64,000 nucleotides of DNA from Chrysomallon squamiferum (Eukaryota > Animalia > Mollusca): the NCBI GenBank assembly GCA_012295275.1, contig CM022678.1, positions 806,001-870,000 of the forward strand, read 5' to 3'. The notes below the pieces were generated by a model, which did not search any database, had not been told where the DNA came from, and saw nothing but the letters and a program-made list of their open reading frames with translations. The position numbers and the translations under genes are program-made. Positions 1-11,464 of this stretch are shown piece after piece (positions within the stretch are counted from its first letter, which is position 1; each line of letters opens with the position of its first letter).

Positions 1-229
1 ACTGGATAATCCGTCTCTGCGTGCTCTGGGGATGTCACGTGATTAAAGTGACGTCAGAGTTTGTATGTGTGAAAGTAATGCGTGGTGGTTAAGTCTTCTG
101 CGTTCTGACTGTTTGGTTGCGTGATCGATTCTCAGAGTGTATGTCACCTCTCTAACTGTACTTAGTTGTGTTTTAATACTCAGTTACAGTCATAATGTTC
201 ATAGTTATAATCAGTACTTATTAGTATTG

Positions 230-286
230 TTGTTATTGTTATTATTACTATTAATATTATTATTATTATTATTATTATTTTTACTA

Positions 287-324
<38 letters not shown>

Positions 325-326
325 TA

Positions 327-415
<89 letters not shown>
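230..415. repeat. (ATT)n microsatellite, representative of dozens of (ATT)n, (AG)n, (AC)n, (TAG)n and (ATTT)n tracts in the window
   Basis: Direct inspection; other long tracts at 20575-20870, 21295-21396, 23540-23705, 53693-53790 and 58930-59145. Confidence 0.95.
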
Positions 416-417
<2 letters not shown>

Positions 418-1668
418 TATTTTTTTTTTATTTTTTTTTTTTTTTATTTTATTATTACTTTTACTAATACTATAACCGGGACTATTAGTGACATTACTAT
501 TACTGCTATTGCCACTATTTATGCAGCTACTACTACATCTGCTACTATTACTTCTACTACTACTACTACCATTAATTTTACTACTACTATTATTGTATAA
601 TTATTGTTAAATGTTTTTGAATAGTGAGCAGTTTTAAAAACCAGTAAGACCTTTTAAGTAAACAATTAGTTAAAGTCACATTTATAAATCTTTTTTTTTT
701 TTTATCCGCGCACAAAACAACACGTGACCTCAGTATTACTTGTACTTTTAATTCGTTATAAACTGGAAATGGCAACAGTGTCATACTTAAAGAGATAAAC
801 AGAATATATTAGTTATTTCCCTGCGCCATATACCCTGTATGTACTACTAACATCGATAATGATCACGCACAAACGCAGACACTCACACTCAAATACACAG
901 ATGCATATATAAACATGCATGATAACACAGATATTTTCTGTATAATGTGAAGTTTTCTTTTCTCAGATTTGAAAGTGGATGTGATTTGAAATTACCAAAT
1001 GTATGTCAATTATATACAAGAATAAATTATACTATTATATTTTCTTAAGTTTTTGTTTTTTTTTTTTTTTTGTTTTGTTGTTGTTGTACGGTACAAGTGG
1101 CTGAATAATGCAGGTCATTTTATAAAATACTTTATAAAGGTGGTCTCTTAACGCAGTTTCTTTACACACGTGACTCATAAACACAACAGTGTGCTCTAAC
1201 GGGTTTGGATAATGTCACGTGACCAGTGTCTATGAAAGGTACTTTAAGTTAGTGACGAGGGTTTGTTTTCAGTGTGTTTTCTCCTACGCTTTCGCCAGTC
1301 AATTGAAGGTTATTGATTAATTCTCTGCTTTTATAAAATTACTTACATTGCATTAAGAGACTACCTTTTAGAAAATGTATAAAAATAACCTCTATTATGC
1401 AGCCACTTGTCTTAAAAAATCTCTTTATCGCACTGCTAAAAAAAAAAGTACTTATATACATGCATACTTATATGCACATATACATGCATACTTATACGTA
1501 CAGAAACATAATATTTATACGTACAGAAACATGCGAATACGTACATATTTAAGATATCTGTTTACTGATCAATGCAGATTTCTATAATTTGATAGAAAAT
1601 ATATATGATTAAAAATGATTCCAGTAAAATGCCTCACAGACAACTGAGCACAAACATAACACTTACAT

Positions 1669-1699
<31 letters not shown>

Positions 1700-2611
1700 T
1701 ACAGATATACACACATTCACAGAACATACCTTTTCTTCTTCTTCTTACTATTATTATTTTTTTTTTTTTTTATTATTCATTTTTGTTATTATTTGTTGTT
1801 TTTTAGTTGTTGTTTTTTTGTGGGTTTTTTGTTGTTGTTTTTTTTTTATTTATTTATTTATTTGTTTCTTTCTTTCTTTTATATGATTTTCGTAAAATAC
1901 ATTTGTGGGTGTGTTTTTTTTATTGGTAAATGTTTCCAATGAAATATATTAGTCAGTTTGTCTAACAGGTGAATTCTCTGGGGCGAGTGATGAATACTTA
2001 ATAACACATTAAACGTTCCGAGTACTAAACACAAACTAACAGTTTTCTGGGTGTGACTGAGTCCATGTTTGACGAGATGGATAATGCTTCCACAGAGTAT
2101 TAATGACATTTTCTTTATGTACATTGTGCATATATATTTATCTCTGTTTATGAAGAAAAAAGCAACATACAATTGTGATAGAAGGGAAATTAAGTTAATT
2201 GCGTGTTGTCTGGTGCGCGCTGTTTCCAAGTGATGATCTTCGAGTGTGGAGGAAAGTAACACAGTTCGGAATTAACTGTTTAGCTAAGAAAAACTACAAC
2301 AACATTGTGTTGTCAGTCGTCATCGATGCAGATTTAAAAGTAATAATGATAAGTATTAAGACAAAAACATGGTTGGTGCATCACTGATGTTGTAGTAGTT
2401 GTGTATGAATTGATCACAGTTGGTGTCATTGTTGAAGCTATATCTCACATAAAACATCTAGGGCTTGATGTTTATACGACGTCGTATATAAGGTCGTTGA
2501 GGACTGAAGTAGTTGTGATCCGATTGTTGTGACAACGACGTAGATGTTATATAACTGACGTGTTTCATATATCAGTGACGTGGTTGAAGTGGTTGATGTG
2601 TTTATTTAAAA

Positions 2612-3733
2612 ATGAAGGTGTCAGTCAGCGTGTGTACAACGGTGCTGGTGTTATGTTTGTGTTGTGTTGTCTGTGAGGAAATGACAGTCGAGCAACAACT
2701 ACAACGTCACATTGTCTCTAGGCAAAACGTCAAGACGACGTTGGTGACGGGGTCTATAGAGATGACGAAGATGATTGCTGTACACTTCATTCCTGTCGCT
2801 ATCGTGGGCCTGAACGAGGAGAATCAGGTTTTTTCCTTCTCTGGGATCCTCATCACAGGCTGGGTCGACCCGCGGGCAGCCTGGGACCCCGCCCTCTTCA
2901 ACAACACCCACGCCGTCACCATTAAGTCCAATCTCCTGTGGACGCCAGAGCTGACCGCCGTCAACAACGTCGTCGCCATATCGAGAACGGTGAAGGACGA
3001 AGCGTTCGTCTTCTCCAACGGCTACATCAACGTGTTTTACGCGGACCCGTACCAGACGAGCTGTCAGATCGACACAAACTTTTTCCCGTTCGACGAGCAG
3101 GTCTGCGAGGTGCTGCTCTTCCCGTCGGGCATGTACCAGTTCTACGCCGAGAGGTCAAAGGTGAAGACTCCGGAGTATTTTCTCAAAAGTAACGAGTGGA
3201 GACTGGTGAGCGTCACCCTGCACAACAGAACCTACTCTCAGCCCTTCTTCGACCGCGTCGCGCGAATCAAAACCGTCGCCATCCAATTCAGACTCAAACG
3301 ATACAGCGCCTTCTACGTGATGAGCATCCTGTCTCCTATAGGAGTCCTCTCTCTCATGAACGCGTGCGTGTTTCTCCTTCCCGTGGAGTCGGGCGAGAAA
3401 ATGTCCTACCTCGTCTCCATCCTCATCTCGTACGCCATGTTCCTCAACTTCGTCTACAGCACGATGCCCAAGTCTCACTCGCTGTCCAGACTCACCATCT
3501 ACCTCATGCTGGTCGTCTCGCAGAGCTGTCTGTCCATTGTGAGCACCATCTACCTGCTGAACGTCTACCACCACCAGACGAAGTGCCGCCTGGCGAGGAG
3601 CAAGGTGGAGCCCAGTGGCGCAGACAGGAAGTGTAAGACTTGCGAAATCTCGGTCAGGCAGACGGACAAAAAAATGGCCGTCGTGTTTTTTACTATCGCT
3701 TTTCTCTCCCTCCTCGTGTTTGTCAAATTTTAG
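2612..3733 (+). CDS. Cys-loop ligand-gated ion channel subunit, nAChR-like orphan receptor 1 (intronless CDS, 373 aa)
   Basis: Signal peptide; WxDPR-xWDP and WTP motifs; Cys-loop CQIDTNFFPFDEQVC; SNEW; pre-M1 LKR; M1-M4 with SGEK before M2; short M3-M4 loop; no vicinal CC in loop C. Confidence 0.95.
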   Translation: MKVSVSVCTTVLVLCLCCVVCEEMTVEQQLQRHIVSRQNVKTTLVTGSIEMTKMIAVHFIPVAIVGLNEENQVFSFSGILITGWVDPRAAWDPALFNNTHAVTIKSNLLWTPELTAVNNVVAISRTVKDEAFVFSNGYINVFYADPYQTSCQIDTNFFPFDEQVCEVLLFPSGMYQFYAERSKVKTPEYFLKSNEWRLVSVTLHNRTYSQPFFDRVARIKTVAIQFRLKRYSAFYVMSILSPIGVLSLMNACVFLLPVESGEKMSYLVSILISYAMFLNFVYSTMPKSHSLSRLTIYLMLVVSQSCLSIVSTIYLLNVYHHQTKCRLARSKVEPSGADRKCKTCEISVRQTDKKMAVVFFTIAFLSLLVFVKF

Positions 3734-3880
3734 ATACTCTACAAATATACACAAAAACAAACATAATTTTATGTATTTGATTCTTATCTGTCTGTCTGTG
3801 TATTTATTTATAGTGTCTTTCATCTTCTTTCTTCGTCTTGTTCTTCTTGTTATTCATTTTTGTTGTTCTTCTTCTCTTTT

Positions 3881-3913
<33 letters not shown>

Positions 3914-3924
3914 TTCTTCTTCTT

Positions 3925-4002
<78 letters not shown>

Positions 4003-4998
4003 GTATTTTTTCATGACGCCAGTACTACTGTTGATAAACTTGTTTCTAATATTCAACGTGTACATACATGTTTGTAATTTAAACTTGACTAATAATTTAA
4101 ATTTTGCACTTTAAACAATTTACGTAGATTAAATATTTAGATATAACGCACGACATGACGTCACATTTTTCTAAAATTACATTGTATTTCTTAATTTAAA
4201 TTAGTACTTTTAGTTTATTACATCTTTAGATTATTAATGTTATTATGTGTTCGAATAAGTTGTAGATGTATTTCTATTTAAATGAAATATTGAAATTTAC
4301 ATATCTGTAAAAAATATTAATATTAATATTAAATAATAAACACATTAAAGCAATCCGCTTATTGTTTCACAGTTATTAATATTTCACCATACGTAAAGTG
4401 AGTTTTTTAATTATTTATTTATTACATTTTTAAGAAGTTGTCACGTGACAGTTTTGTCGAGTTCATAGCATTTATATCGGACCAAAACAATTTACTTTTC
4501 ACAGTATTTGAAATTTTACATTAATGCTTCAAAATGTAATTTTAAAAATATCTAAAAAAAAAATTAAGTTTTACTAAGAATTCAGAATCGATGGATTTTT
4601 TATTTGTGTTGATGAAATAATATTAAACTCTGCACAGTGTTAGTATGACACATTTTGTTAGGAAGGGTCACACACTTTTCTTTTAATTGTTCAATAAATA
4701 TTTCAGTGTATGATTAGTTTCTTTCTTTATTTTCTTAAACATGTTTCAAAAATCACTTGCGTTGTCACTAGAATACTTTAAACAAAGAATCTGACTGGAT
4801 GACCTGTACTTATCAGGTTCGATAACTCTATATGGATACGTAATTAAAGGAAGCGAAACAAAAAGCAATAAGAGTTATCGGACATCACCCCATTTCCCAT
4901 TTTTTCTTTTCCCGTTTATGAAGTCATTGAAAAACCGTTGTGAAAATGACATTGTTAAAATGTTTCTTTTTATTTAGTTGGATATACTACAGGCAAAA

Positions 4999-5128
4999 TC
5001 TAGACACGATACAGACACTATATAGATACGCAGACAGACACATAGACACAATACAGACACTATATAGATACGCAGACAGACACATAGACACAATACAGAC
5101 ACTATATAGATACGCAGACAGACAGATG
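4999..5128. repeat. 42-bp tandem repeat, about 3 copies
   Basis: Unit tagacacaatacagacactatatagatacgcagacagacaca repeated in direct orientation. Confidence 0.85.
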
Positions 5129-5441
5129 AACTGACTGCTCGATCGATTGATTGTTTCATGGTTGCATGCATGGATTCAGACGTAATGAAGGAATCAATTA
5201 AGAAAAATACAATTTGTTTTGTTTATTTTTTAAATACATTTTATTAAGCGTATGATACATTACTGACAGTTGTAGTTACAGCATAATCCATTTAATACCA
5301 GCAGCTACGACAACAGCTGCAACAACGTTAGCAACAGTAAACACAGTAAAAATTATTGTAACAACAAGAATGATTATATAACAAGTTGTTATAGTAATAA
5401 TAATGATAATGATGATGATGATAATAATAATAAAAATAATA

Positions 5442-5472
<31 letters not shown>

Positions 5473-5666
5473 TCATAATAATAATAATAATAATAATAAT
5501 AATTAGTCGAAGTAGTTATTGTAGGAGCAGTAGTAGTAGTAGTAGTACTAGTAGTAACAGTAGAACTAGTAATGATAATATGATGTACCAAATGATAAAT
5601 AAATAAATAAATATGTATAAAAATGATAAATATGTATAACAACAACAACAACAATAATAATAAGTT

Positions 5667-5700
<34 letters not shown>

Positions 5701-5867
5701 AATAAATAGGTAATTTCAATTTAAGAATCAAAAAAAGTATTAAAGTAATACTCACAAAGATTTTGATGGAATTATTTAAATGGTATTGACATTCTATAAC
5801 CAATCCATCGAATCAACATCTATCACATTTATTTATCTTGTGTTTAGTTCTTAGTTTACAGACACTG

Positions 5868-6410
5868 CGTGACTCAGAAGTCAACAATCACGTGAAAACT
5901 GGCTAATTCAGTAAGGTGAGAAGTCTACAAACACGTGAACACTGGGTGACTGACTCAGTAACGTGAGAAGTCTACAATCACGTGAAAACTGGGTGACTCA
6001 GTAACGTGAGAAGTCTGCAAACACGTGAAAACTGGGTGACTAGGTAACGTGAGAAGTCTATAAACACGTGAACACTGGGTGACTGACTCAGTAACGTGAG
6101 AAGTCTACAAACACGTGAACACTGGGTGATTGACTCAGTAACGTGAGAAGTCTACAAACACGTGAACACTGGGTGATTCACTCAGTAACGTGAGAAGTCT
6201 ACAAACACGTGAACACTGGGTGACTGGCTCAGTAACGTGAAAAGTCTACGAACACGTGTACACTGGGTGATTCAGTAATGTGAGAAGTCCAAACAAAAAC
6301 ACGTAACGAAAACAAACACGTGAACACTGGGTGACTGACTCGGTAACGTGAGAAGTCTACAAACACGTGAGCGCTGGGTGACTGACTCAGTAACGTGAGA
6401 AGTCCACAAA
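5868..6410. repeat. About 47-bp minisatellite (about 11 copies) built from the last codons, stop codon and proximal 3'UTR of receptor 2
   Basis: Unit gactcagtaacgtgagaagtctacaaacacgtgaacactgggtgact; the terminal copy overlaps the minus-strand codons for FVDFSRY-stop (6387-6410). Confidence 0.9.
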
Positions 6411-7577
6411 GACGAGCAGAGACGAGAGAGAAAGTGAGACGAACAAAACAAACATGATCCGATCAGATCTCGGAAACGAGGTTTTCCTGTTTCCTTCATC
6501 GGCGTAGAAGTCTCCGTCAAGATTCGATCCCGCCGATCCCAGCTTGCTGAGCTTGATCAGATGCTGCACGTGCTTGTGCGGCGGGTCGGCCCTCACCGAG
6601 CAGTGGTGCACGTTCAGCATGTAGATGGTGACGAGTATGGACAGACAACTCTGCGTGACGACCAGCAGCAGGTAGAGAGTCAGCCTGGACACCGAGTCCG
6701 ACTTGGGCATCGTGCTGTAGACGAAGTTGAGGAACATGGCGTACGAGATGAGGATGGACACGAGGTAGGAGATGTGTTCTCCGGACTCCGGGGGCAGGAG
6801 GAACACGCACGCGTTCATGAGGGAGAGGATTCCTATGGGGCAGAGGATGCTGAGGACGTAGAAGGAGCTATAGCGCTTGAGCTTGAAGCGGATGACGACG
6901 GTGTCGAGCTGCAGGACGGTGGAGAACATGGACTGGTTGTGGCGTCGGTTCAGCAGGCGGATGTCCAGCAGCTTCCACTCGTTGCTCTCGAGGAAGTAGT
7001 CCGTCTTGTTGACGTGGGCGCGCTCGGCGAAGAGGTGGTACGTGCCCAGCGGGAACAGCAGCGCCTCGCACACCTGCTCGTCGAAGGGGAAGAACGCCGT
7101 GTCGATGTGGCAGCTCGTCCTGAACGTGTCCACGTACATCGTCGAGACGTAGCCGTTGTGGTCGACGACGGCGTCTTTGGCGATCGTGCTGTGCAGATTG
7201 TCGATGCTGTTGGTGATGGTGAGCGTCGGCGTCCACAGCTTGTCGGAGCTGACGAAGACGAAGTGGTTGTTGTTGTAGTCCGCCGGGTCCCAGTGGGTGT
7301 TGGGGTCTTTCCAGCAGGCGAGAATGTTTCCAGAGAAAGACAGAACCTGCTTCCCTTCGTCCAGGCCAATCAGAGACACGGGGATGAAGTTGATTGTGAC
7401 GTTGTACACAGACACGGCGTCGCCTCGGATGTCCACCCTCTGTTCTGACGTTATGTGCTCCAGCAACTCGTCCAGCTTCGTCCTGTTAGAACGAGTTCCT
7501 GCTGTGACGTAGAGCTGCAACAGTATGACGTACAGCTGTAGTACCGTGACGTACAGAACGTGTGCAAAGTGAACCAT
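6387..7577 (-). CDS. Cys-loop ligand-gated ion channel subunit, nAChR-like orphan receptor 2 (intronless CDS, about 396 aa)
   Basis: First ATG at 7577 (the ORF track starts at a non-ATG codon, 7613); Cys-loop CHIDTAFFPFDEQVC; SNEW; LKR; SGEH before M2; four TM helices; paralog of 2612-3733. Confidence 0.93.
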   Translation of the reverse strand: MVHFAHVLYVTVLQLYVILLQLYVTAGTRSNRTKLDELLEHITSEQRVDIRGDAVSVYNVTINFIPVSLIGLDEGKQVLSFSGNILACWKDPNTHWDPADYNNNHFVFVSSDKLWTPTLTITNSIDNLHSTIAKDAVVDHNGYVSTMYVDTFRTSCHIDTAFFPFDEQVCEALLFPLGTYHLFAERAHVNKTDYFLESNEWKLLDIRLLNRRHNQSMFSTVLQLDTVVIRFKLKRYSSFYVLSILCPIGILSLMNACVFLLPPESGEHISYLVSILISYAMFLNFVYSTMPKSDSVSRLTLYLLLVVTQSCLSILVTIYMLNVHHCSVRADPPHKHVQHLIKLSKLGSAGSNLDGDFYADEGNRKTSFPRSDRIMFVLFVSLSLSSLLVFVDFSRY

Positions 7578-8382
7578 TGTGTCACGTGATATCAAGTATT
7601 TTTCAGCTGACAAGCTGGTGTTACATAAACATATTAAGAAAGAGCAAATGAAACATTTGTATCTGAAACAAATAATCTGTATGTTATATTATGTAATTTT
7701 TCTTTCTTCTGCTCTTGAGCTATGTCCAGTAACAGACATAAACAAACAACGTTTATCTTCTGGAATGAAATTTCAAACAAATAAAAATTAAATTAAAAAA
7801 TCTGTTACACGTGAATGTATCGAATTATTCCTAATTGAAATTTTGTACCGTTTTGTTTATCCCTTGAACAATATGTATTAGAATTTATTCCCAGGAATGT
7901 TTTCATTTTTTTCTTCGAGGTGCAATTGGTTTAGCTTCACCTACACTGAACATTAAAGTATTTCTGTTTGCTGTAAAGTAACTGGGAAATTTTCTCTGTT
8001 CCTATATTAAAATTTTACGTTGTTTTGTCGTAATAATTTTCTGCAGACAGAAATAACATCCGTGTTTTCTCCTTCCAACACAAGTATGTTTGCAGTCATT
8101 GCACTCTTCACATAACAGTTAAATTCTTGTTCACAAATTATTTTTATTCTCTTCACAAAAACAGTGTCTTTGTCTCCTAAGACTGAAATTATTTCTGCTA
8201 ATTGCGTTTAAACCACAGTAGTTGTAAACACTATAATGACAGAGTTACACCAGATTTGTGTCTTACAGAATCTGTGAACAACATTCCAGATGTCAGAAAA
8301 TGTGATAACTGTCGTGATGGACGCCTGTTCTAAAAGCACGTTCAGATCAGCAGACACAGAGACACAGAGACACAGAGACGCC

Positions 8383-8440
8383 AGTGAATGTCTGCTAAAA
8401 CAAAGGGCCAGGCTTTTATACACGAACCAATCTGACGTCA
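8383..8440 (-). promoter_or_regulatory. Putative core promoter of receptor 2 (CRE, CCAAT, TATA, Inr-like)
   Basis: Minus strand reads TGACGTCA (8440-8433), ATTGG (8431-8427), TATAAAAG (8420-8413), then CATTCACT about 30 nt downstream; about 0.8 kb upstream of ATG 7577. Confidence 0.55.
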
Positions 8441-9164
8441 TAACTCTATAAGTGTTACTATTAGAAACAAAACATAGAGCAAGAACGAAAATAAAATAAA
8501 ATGCACGGAATTTTTTTTTTTTTAATTTAGAAATGGATATTGATTTTATCTACAGTGTTTTCTGTTTAGTTTAATCTTCGTGTAATTCTTGATGTGGAAA
8601 TTTATTTCTGAAACTTCAGCCGTGTTCAGTGACATTACAAGCAGAGATCAGCTTGATGTTTAGATAAGTAAGTTGTCCATTAGTGTAAACCTCCGTGATG
8701 ACCAGCGTTTTGAAAACACTGATTTCTTCATTGTTCTCAGTCTCGGGCGGTTGCGTGGGTAAAAACATGTCACAGATTTTCTGTAGTCTGTTTTACATCG
8801 CATCAGATCTGTGACAAGTGTCGTAAATCAGAAAAAATGTATTTATTTATTTATTTTTCTGATAAAACCATTTGCATCATGATGTTACGAGCAGGTATTC
8901 TACCATTACTTTGCATATAACAGATAAATAATAATATTATTATTATTTTTTTTTTTTTAAAGCGTAATGTTCAGTAGCAGACTAGAAAAGCACAGAGAAT
9001 AGTCATAAAACATAAAACTCACCAGAATTTTATATCACATGCTACTGTACATGTATCAGCGAAAATATAGCTAATATTAAGCTGTTGCCATAGTTACAAC
9101 ATTAAACTAACGACCACGTCATGACTGCTTTTTATAGCTGATGTAATAAAATATGAAAATGTTA

Positions 9165-9205
<41 letters not shown>

Positions 9206-9213
9206 ACAACTTG

Positions 9214-10359
9214 TTAAAATTTAATAAACACAAGTGGAGAGACAATGGCTAGAGAGAAGAAAAGAGCAAACATGAGACGATCGAATTTGACGGCTTCCCG
9301 AGAGTTTGTTATCTTCCCATCTTCCTGCGCGTCCGCGGCGTCGGAAGAGTTGTCTACCTTGAGTGGATGGATCCTGACTGAATCGTGTTTCCGTGGCGCT
9401 GTGGCGTCTGCCGTCCTGTAGAAGACGTTCAGGAAGTGGATGGTGATGACGATGGACAACGCGCTCTGTGACACGACCAGCAGCAGGTAGAGAGTCAGTC
9501 TGGACAGCGAGTCCGACTTGGGCATCGTGCTGTACACGAAGTTGAGGAACATGGCGTACGAGACGAAGATCGACACAAGAAACGAGATCTTCTCCCCCGA
9601 CTGGACGGGCAGGAGGAAGACGAAGGCGTTCATCACGGAGAGGATTCCTATAGGAGCCAGGATGCTTGTCACGTAGAACGAAACGTAGCGCTTCAGCCTG
9701 AATCGAATGGCGACCGGCTTCACGGGGAAGTCGGAGCTGAGCATCTTGAGGACGTAGGTTCTCTGCTGCAGACTGACGCTGAGCAGCTGCCACTCGTTGC
9801 TGGAGAAGAAGAAGTCCGGGAGCCTGATGTCCAGCTCCTCCGCGAAGAAGTGGTAGGGTCCGTTAGGAAACAGCAGCACGTCGCACGTCTGCTCGTCGAA
9901 CGGGAAGAAATGCGTGTCCAGCTGGCAGCTCGTTTTGTACGTGTCCGCGTAAACGGTGTTGATGTTGCCGTGGGCGTCGATGAAAGCCTCCTCCTTCATC
10001 GTCGTAGCTATCTTGTCGACAGAGTTTGTCGCCGACAGCGTTGGCGTCCACATGAGGTCGGTGCTCATGGCGACGGCGTAGACGTTGTCGTAGTCGCGCG
10101 GGTCCCAGGAGATCCTCGGGTCCCGCCACGCTGCGATGATCAAACCCGAGAAGGAAAAAATCTGAGTCGCCTCGTCCAGGCCTATCACAGCCACGGGCAC
10201 GAAGTCGATGGTGATGTTGTACAACGTCGTGGCGATGTTCCGGATGTACATTCTCTGGCTGGCGACGATGTGGTTTTTCAGCCTGTCCAAGACGTCCGAC
10301 GTGTTCGTGCTGCACGCGCACACAGAAAACAGCAAACACAGAAACAACACTCGCGTCAT
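9214..10359 (-). CDS. Cys-loop ligand-gated ion channel subunit, nAChR-like orphan receptor 3 (intronless CDS, about 381 aa)
   Basis: ATG at 10359; signal peptide MTRVLFLCLLFSVCAC; Cys-loop CQLDTHFFPFDEQTC; SGEK-M2; four TM helices; paralog of the two neighbours. Confidence 0.94.
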   Translation of the reverse strand: MTRVLFLCLLFSVCACSTNTSDVLDRLKNHIVASQRMYIRNIATTLYNITIDFVPVAVIGLDEATQIFSFSGLIIAAWRDPRISWDPRDYDNVYAVAMSTDLMWTPTLSATNSVDKIATTMKEEAFIDAHGNINTVYADTYKTSCQLDTHFFPFDEQTCDVLLFPNGPYHFFAEELDIRLPDFFFSSNEWQLLSVSLQQRTYVLKMLSSDFPVKPVAIRFRLKRYVSFYVTSILAPIGILSVMNAFVFLLPVQSGEKISFLVSIFVSYAMFLNFVYSTMPKSDSLSRLTLYLLLVVSQSALSIVITIHFLNVFYRTADATAPRKHDSVRIHPLKVDNSSDAADAQEDGKITNSREAVKFDRLMFALFFSLAIVSPLVFIKF

Positions 10360-10435
10360 CTCTGTCACTGAGCAGACGACTACACGTGACGACGTTGTAA
10401 TACGTTTTAATAGGTTTCTGACAGTTTCTAGATCG

Positions 10436-10670
10436 TTTTCACTTAGTTTTTCTTAGTAGTCACTTAGTTTTCACTTAGTTTCTTCTTAGTAGTCACTTAG
10501 TTTTCACTTAGTTTCTTCTTAGTAGTCACTTAGTTTTCACTTAGTTTCTTCTTAGTAGTCACTTAGTTTTTACTATTTTTCTCTTGGTTTCTTCTTAGAT
10601 TTCAATTAGTTTGAACTTAGTTTTCACTTTGTTTCTTCTTACTTTTCACTAATTTTCTTCTTAGTATTCA
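10436..10670. repeat. About 33-bp minisatellite upstream of receptor 3
   Basis: Repeated ttttcacttagtttcttcttagtagtcacttag, decaying to the right. Confidence 0.8.
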
Positions 10671-11464
10671 CTTAGTGTCTTCCGCTTCTTATTAACACAG
10701 GTAGAGTCAAGTGGGATCTCTGCTGATTCTGTGATGTAGTCAAAACGTCGACGTGTCTGCTGGTTGCGGAACTGAACTAACATCTCTCTGTGTGTGATAA
10801 AAACACGTTTCACACAGCTGTCAGAGTTATTAACAGTGTTTACAACAACTGACATCGTGTTTACACTGTTTAATAACATCCAATACACAAACACTGCTTT
10901 AGTGATTACCCAGTGGTGAAGAAAACACAGTTTTTTTATTTATTAACAACGATTATTTCTCTCAAATGAAAACTCATTATACACTTCAAGACAATGATGG
11001 AAACTAAAACAAAAAGAGAGGAACAAAAAATGTGTTGTTTTTTTTTGTTGTTTTTTTCTTTTCACTATATATTAAAAGCAATTTGCGACCCATTTGGTCT
11101 GTACGTACACTATAATATATACCTTTTACCACACATCTCACAGACAGTAATGACTTCTGTCTATTAAAGATTACTATGAACACAGACTGCTGTATGTATT
11201 ATACTAGTCAAAACACCCAGGTTGACGCGTGCAGTTACAGAGTGGAACGTTTGTCCTTGTGTTGTGTGAGCCATAAACAAAACAAAGGAAACACTTAAAA
11301 ATGCGAACAGTAAAACGAATTAGCATTAACGCAACTGCTGCAAACTGGGTTTTGTTTTTACGACAGAAATCGTGTTAAACTTGATGTAACAAACGATTGC
11401 GCTCTGAAGAAAATCACTGGTTCTGATAACGTGTCTGACGCTGGAGATTACAAAACGTATTGTT

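Noticed and set aside
4815-4885. Short inverted repeat (tcgataactct ... agagttatcgg) as a MITE or RNA hairpin
   Set aside because: Only about 11 bp of pairing, no TSD and no second copy in the window.
2612-10359. Horizontal transfer or contamination explaining the intronless, GC-rich receptor ORFs
   Set aside because: They have the eukaryotic disulfide Cys-loop and nAChR-type motifs, lie in host-type microsatellite flanks, and host exons elsewhere (e.g. 47876-48075) are similarly GC-rich.
3155-10371. Long antisense and alternate-frame ORFs over the receptor genes (e.g. 6561-7448, 3155-3823, 9850-10371)
   Set aside because: Expected shadows of GC3-rich codon usage on the opposite strand; no recognisable domains.
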